From: Eledone cirrhosa
Taxonomy: Eukaryota
NCBI GenBank assembly: GCA_964016885.1
Contig: OZ024741.1
Coordinates: forward strand, 148,924,001-148,988,000
Direction of reading: 5' to 3'
Length of the DNA stretch: 64,000 nucleotides
Part shown: one piece after another, positions 60,695 to 64,000 of the stretch
Numbering within the stretch: the first letter of the stretch is position 1
Layout of the letters: each line of letters opens with the position of its first letter
Position numbers and translations under genes: made by a program
The notes under the pieces: model-generated
Databases searched by the model: none
Told to the model about the DNA's origin: nothing
What the model saw: the letters and a program-made list of their open reading frames with translations, nothing else

Positions 60695-60962
60695 AGATCA
60701 AAAGATGGTTAAAGGAGTTCCATGTATTTTATTATGCGCATTTCAAAAACAAACATCATCATGCAATAATATTTGTGTTTTCATCAATAATATTTGTGTT
60801 TTCATCATTTAAAACTGCACTATCCACAAGTGTTTTTTAGCCTTCATATCATGTTCTCCTGTTTTATCTGATGAAAACACAAATATTATTGCATGATGAT
60901 GTTTGTTTTTGAAATGCGCATAATAAAATACATGGAACTCCTTTAACCATCTTTTGATCTTA
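60695..60962. mobile_element. Naiad A pLTR fold-back; intact hammerhead on + at 60862-60928
   Basis: ttttat-CTGATGA-aaacacaaatattatt..gatgtttgtttttGAAA-TGCGCA-TA-ataaaa; clipped inverted copy at 60727-60786. Confidence 0.9.
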
Positions 60963-62507
<1,545 letters not shown>

Positions 62508-62900
62508 GCAAAAGTTTTATTTAAAATTGTTGGGTTACAACAAGTAAATATTTTATAACTGATATAAAGCACTCGACAAGTTTTTGGAGTAGATATACGA
62601 TATTAAACAAATGGAAACTATATTTATAAAACCATATTTATTTCATTATACATATTTCAGGGATACCATATTAAAAATATGGCATGCCTTCGTCAGATAA
62701 AATACAATATATAAACAGTTTTATAAATAATTTTGACGTAACTTATTATAAGCGACCATTATATTTGGAAGCTGTCTGGATAGTGATTTGTTTATAATTA
62801 TTTAGTTATAGTGTTAAGCACAGTTAGAAAAAAGACGGAGAGAAAGAAATATATATATAAATAGATAGGAGGAAGTGAAAAAGAAGTGAAAAAGAAGTGA
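62508..62900 (-). mobile_element. Solo pLTR related to Naiad D with hammerhead at 62641-62702
   Basis: Homologous to 56640-56890; reverse complement ttttat-CTGACGA-aggcatgccata..tatggtatccct-GAAA-tatgta-TA-atgaaa. Confidence 0.87.
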
Positions 62901-62960
62901 AAAATTTATATATATATATATATATTTATTCAGTCATAGGATTTTAAACCAATACCGAAT

Positions 62961-64000
62961 ATGGATAAATACCCTTTGGACTACTCTGTAAAGAATATCC
63001 CAACACCTTCTAACACTCTCTACACGAAAATACTGATAGACAAAGTAGAGAAGGTTGTTAAAAGAATGAGATGGAAAGCTTTGATTCTCGATGGTCAATT
63101 TAACACGGATTCTACGGAATACTTTGACATCAAAACTCACAAATACCCGCAAAGAGTAAAAGATATGACCGCCTTTGAATTAGATCTAGTTAACCTTATC
63201 AACAACATCAATTTTCGTAAGTACTCTAACCCCTTTCAATCCAAATTATCTAATGATATTTCTACTTTCAAATCTTCTAATAATAAGTTCATCTTCTCAG
63301 ATAAAACTAAAAACCTATATGAAGTTAATAATAATTTACACGACCAACTATTAATAGATAATATCACCTCTAAATACCAAATAGCTAATATAAATACGTA
63401 CTATAATATAAATAAGGAAGCTAAAGAATTAGCTTTTTCTTTAAAAATAGATAATAGGACAGAAAAACTTGCTAAACGTTCTGCGTATATCACCCTTAAA
63501 GATCATAAACCCGACTTTATTAATCGCCCTAGTTGTAGATTAATCAACCCTGCTAAGACTGATATTGGTCTTGCCAGTAAAAAAATTTTAAATAAATTAA
63601 ATACACACATTAGAAGTAAGTCTAAATTACTCCAATGGATAAATAGCTCTTCCGTAGTACATTGGTTTAATAATATTAAAAACAAAATCAGTTCTAGATT
63701 CACCCAATTCGATATCGTAGATTTCTACCCATCTATTACTCAGACCCTTTTAGTGAAAGCTTTAAATTTCGCTAGAGGGTTCACTAATATCTCCGATATT
63801 GAAGAGGATGTAATCTTGCATGCTAGGAACACTCTACTTTTTAATGATAATGACACTTGGGTAAAAATATCTAACCCAGAGAACCCATTCGATGTCTCAA
63901 TGGGCTCTTATGACAGTGCCGAGGTTTGTGATCTGGTCGGCCTATTCCTCTTACATACACTTAAAGAAAAATTTCCTAACCATATTTTTGGGCTTTATCG
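62961..64000 (+). CDS. Naiad-type PLE E polyprotein, intact N-terminus and RT start, runs off the window (absent from the ORF track)
   Basis: Manual translation, no stop in 346 codons: MDKYPLDYSVKNIPTP..KRMRWKA..FELDL..FQSKL..SDKTKNLY..ITLKDHKPDF..CRLINPAK..FDIVDFYPSI..FDVSMGSYDSAEVCDLVG..GLYR. Confidence 0.93.
   Translation, partial: MDKYPLDYSVKNIPTPSNTLYTKILIDKVEKVVKRMRWKALILDGQFNTDSTEYFDIKTHKYPQRVKDMTAFELDLVNLINNINFRKYSNPFQSKLSNDISTFKSSNNKFIFSDKTKNLYEVNNNLHDQLLIDNITSKYQIANINTYYNINKEAKELAFSLKIDNRTEKLAKRSAYITLKDHKPDFINRPSCRLINPAKTDIGLASKKILNKLNTHIRSKSKLLQWINSSSVVHWFNNIKNKISSRFTQFDIVDFYPSITQTLLVKALNFARGFTNISDIEEDVILHARNTLLFNDNDTWVKISNPENPFDVSMGSYDSAEVCDLVGLFLLHTLKEKFPNHIFGLY

Overview
This is AT-rich animal genomic DNA made almost entirely of transposable-element debris embedded in long (TA)n-type microsatellites. 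The SINE/RTE repertoire suggests a mollusc, probably an octopus (inference). No host protein-coding exon is recognisable, and most long ORFs in the track are microsatellite artefacts (YIYIYI). Elements present: four distinct Naiad-type Penelope-like elements (PLEs; RT plus C-terminal GIY-YIG endonuclease), one of them open from its ATG to the window end; a second PLE clade fragment; many RTE-clade LINE fragments whose RT carries an inserted PHD finger; tRNA-derived SINEs; non-autonomous Helitrons; a full-length decayed mariner; and a CR1-group 3' end. The most striking hidden layer is RNA-structural. About 20 type I hammerhead ribozyme (HHR) motifs fall into at least 8 sequence families. They include two tandem retrozyme-like units (316 and about 500 nt) and a family with a CAGAAGA core variant in all four copies. 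A recurrent fold-back architecture joins two element 3' ends back-to-back, both pointing outward into (TA)n. All folds were read by eye and are untested; coordinates are good to within a few bases.
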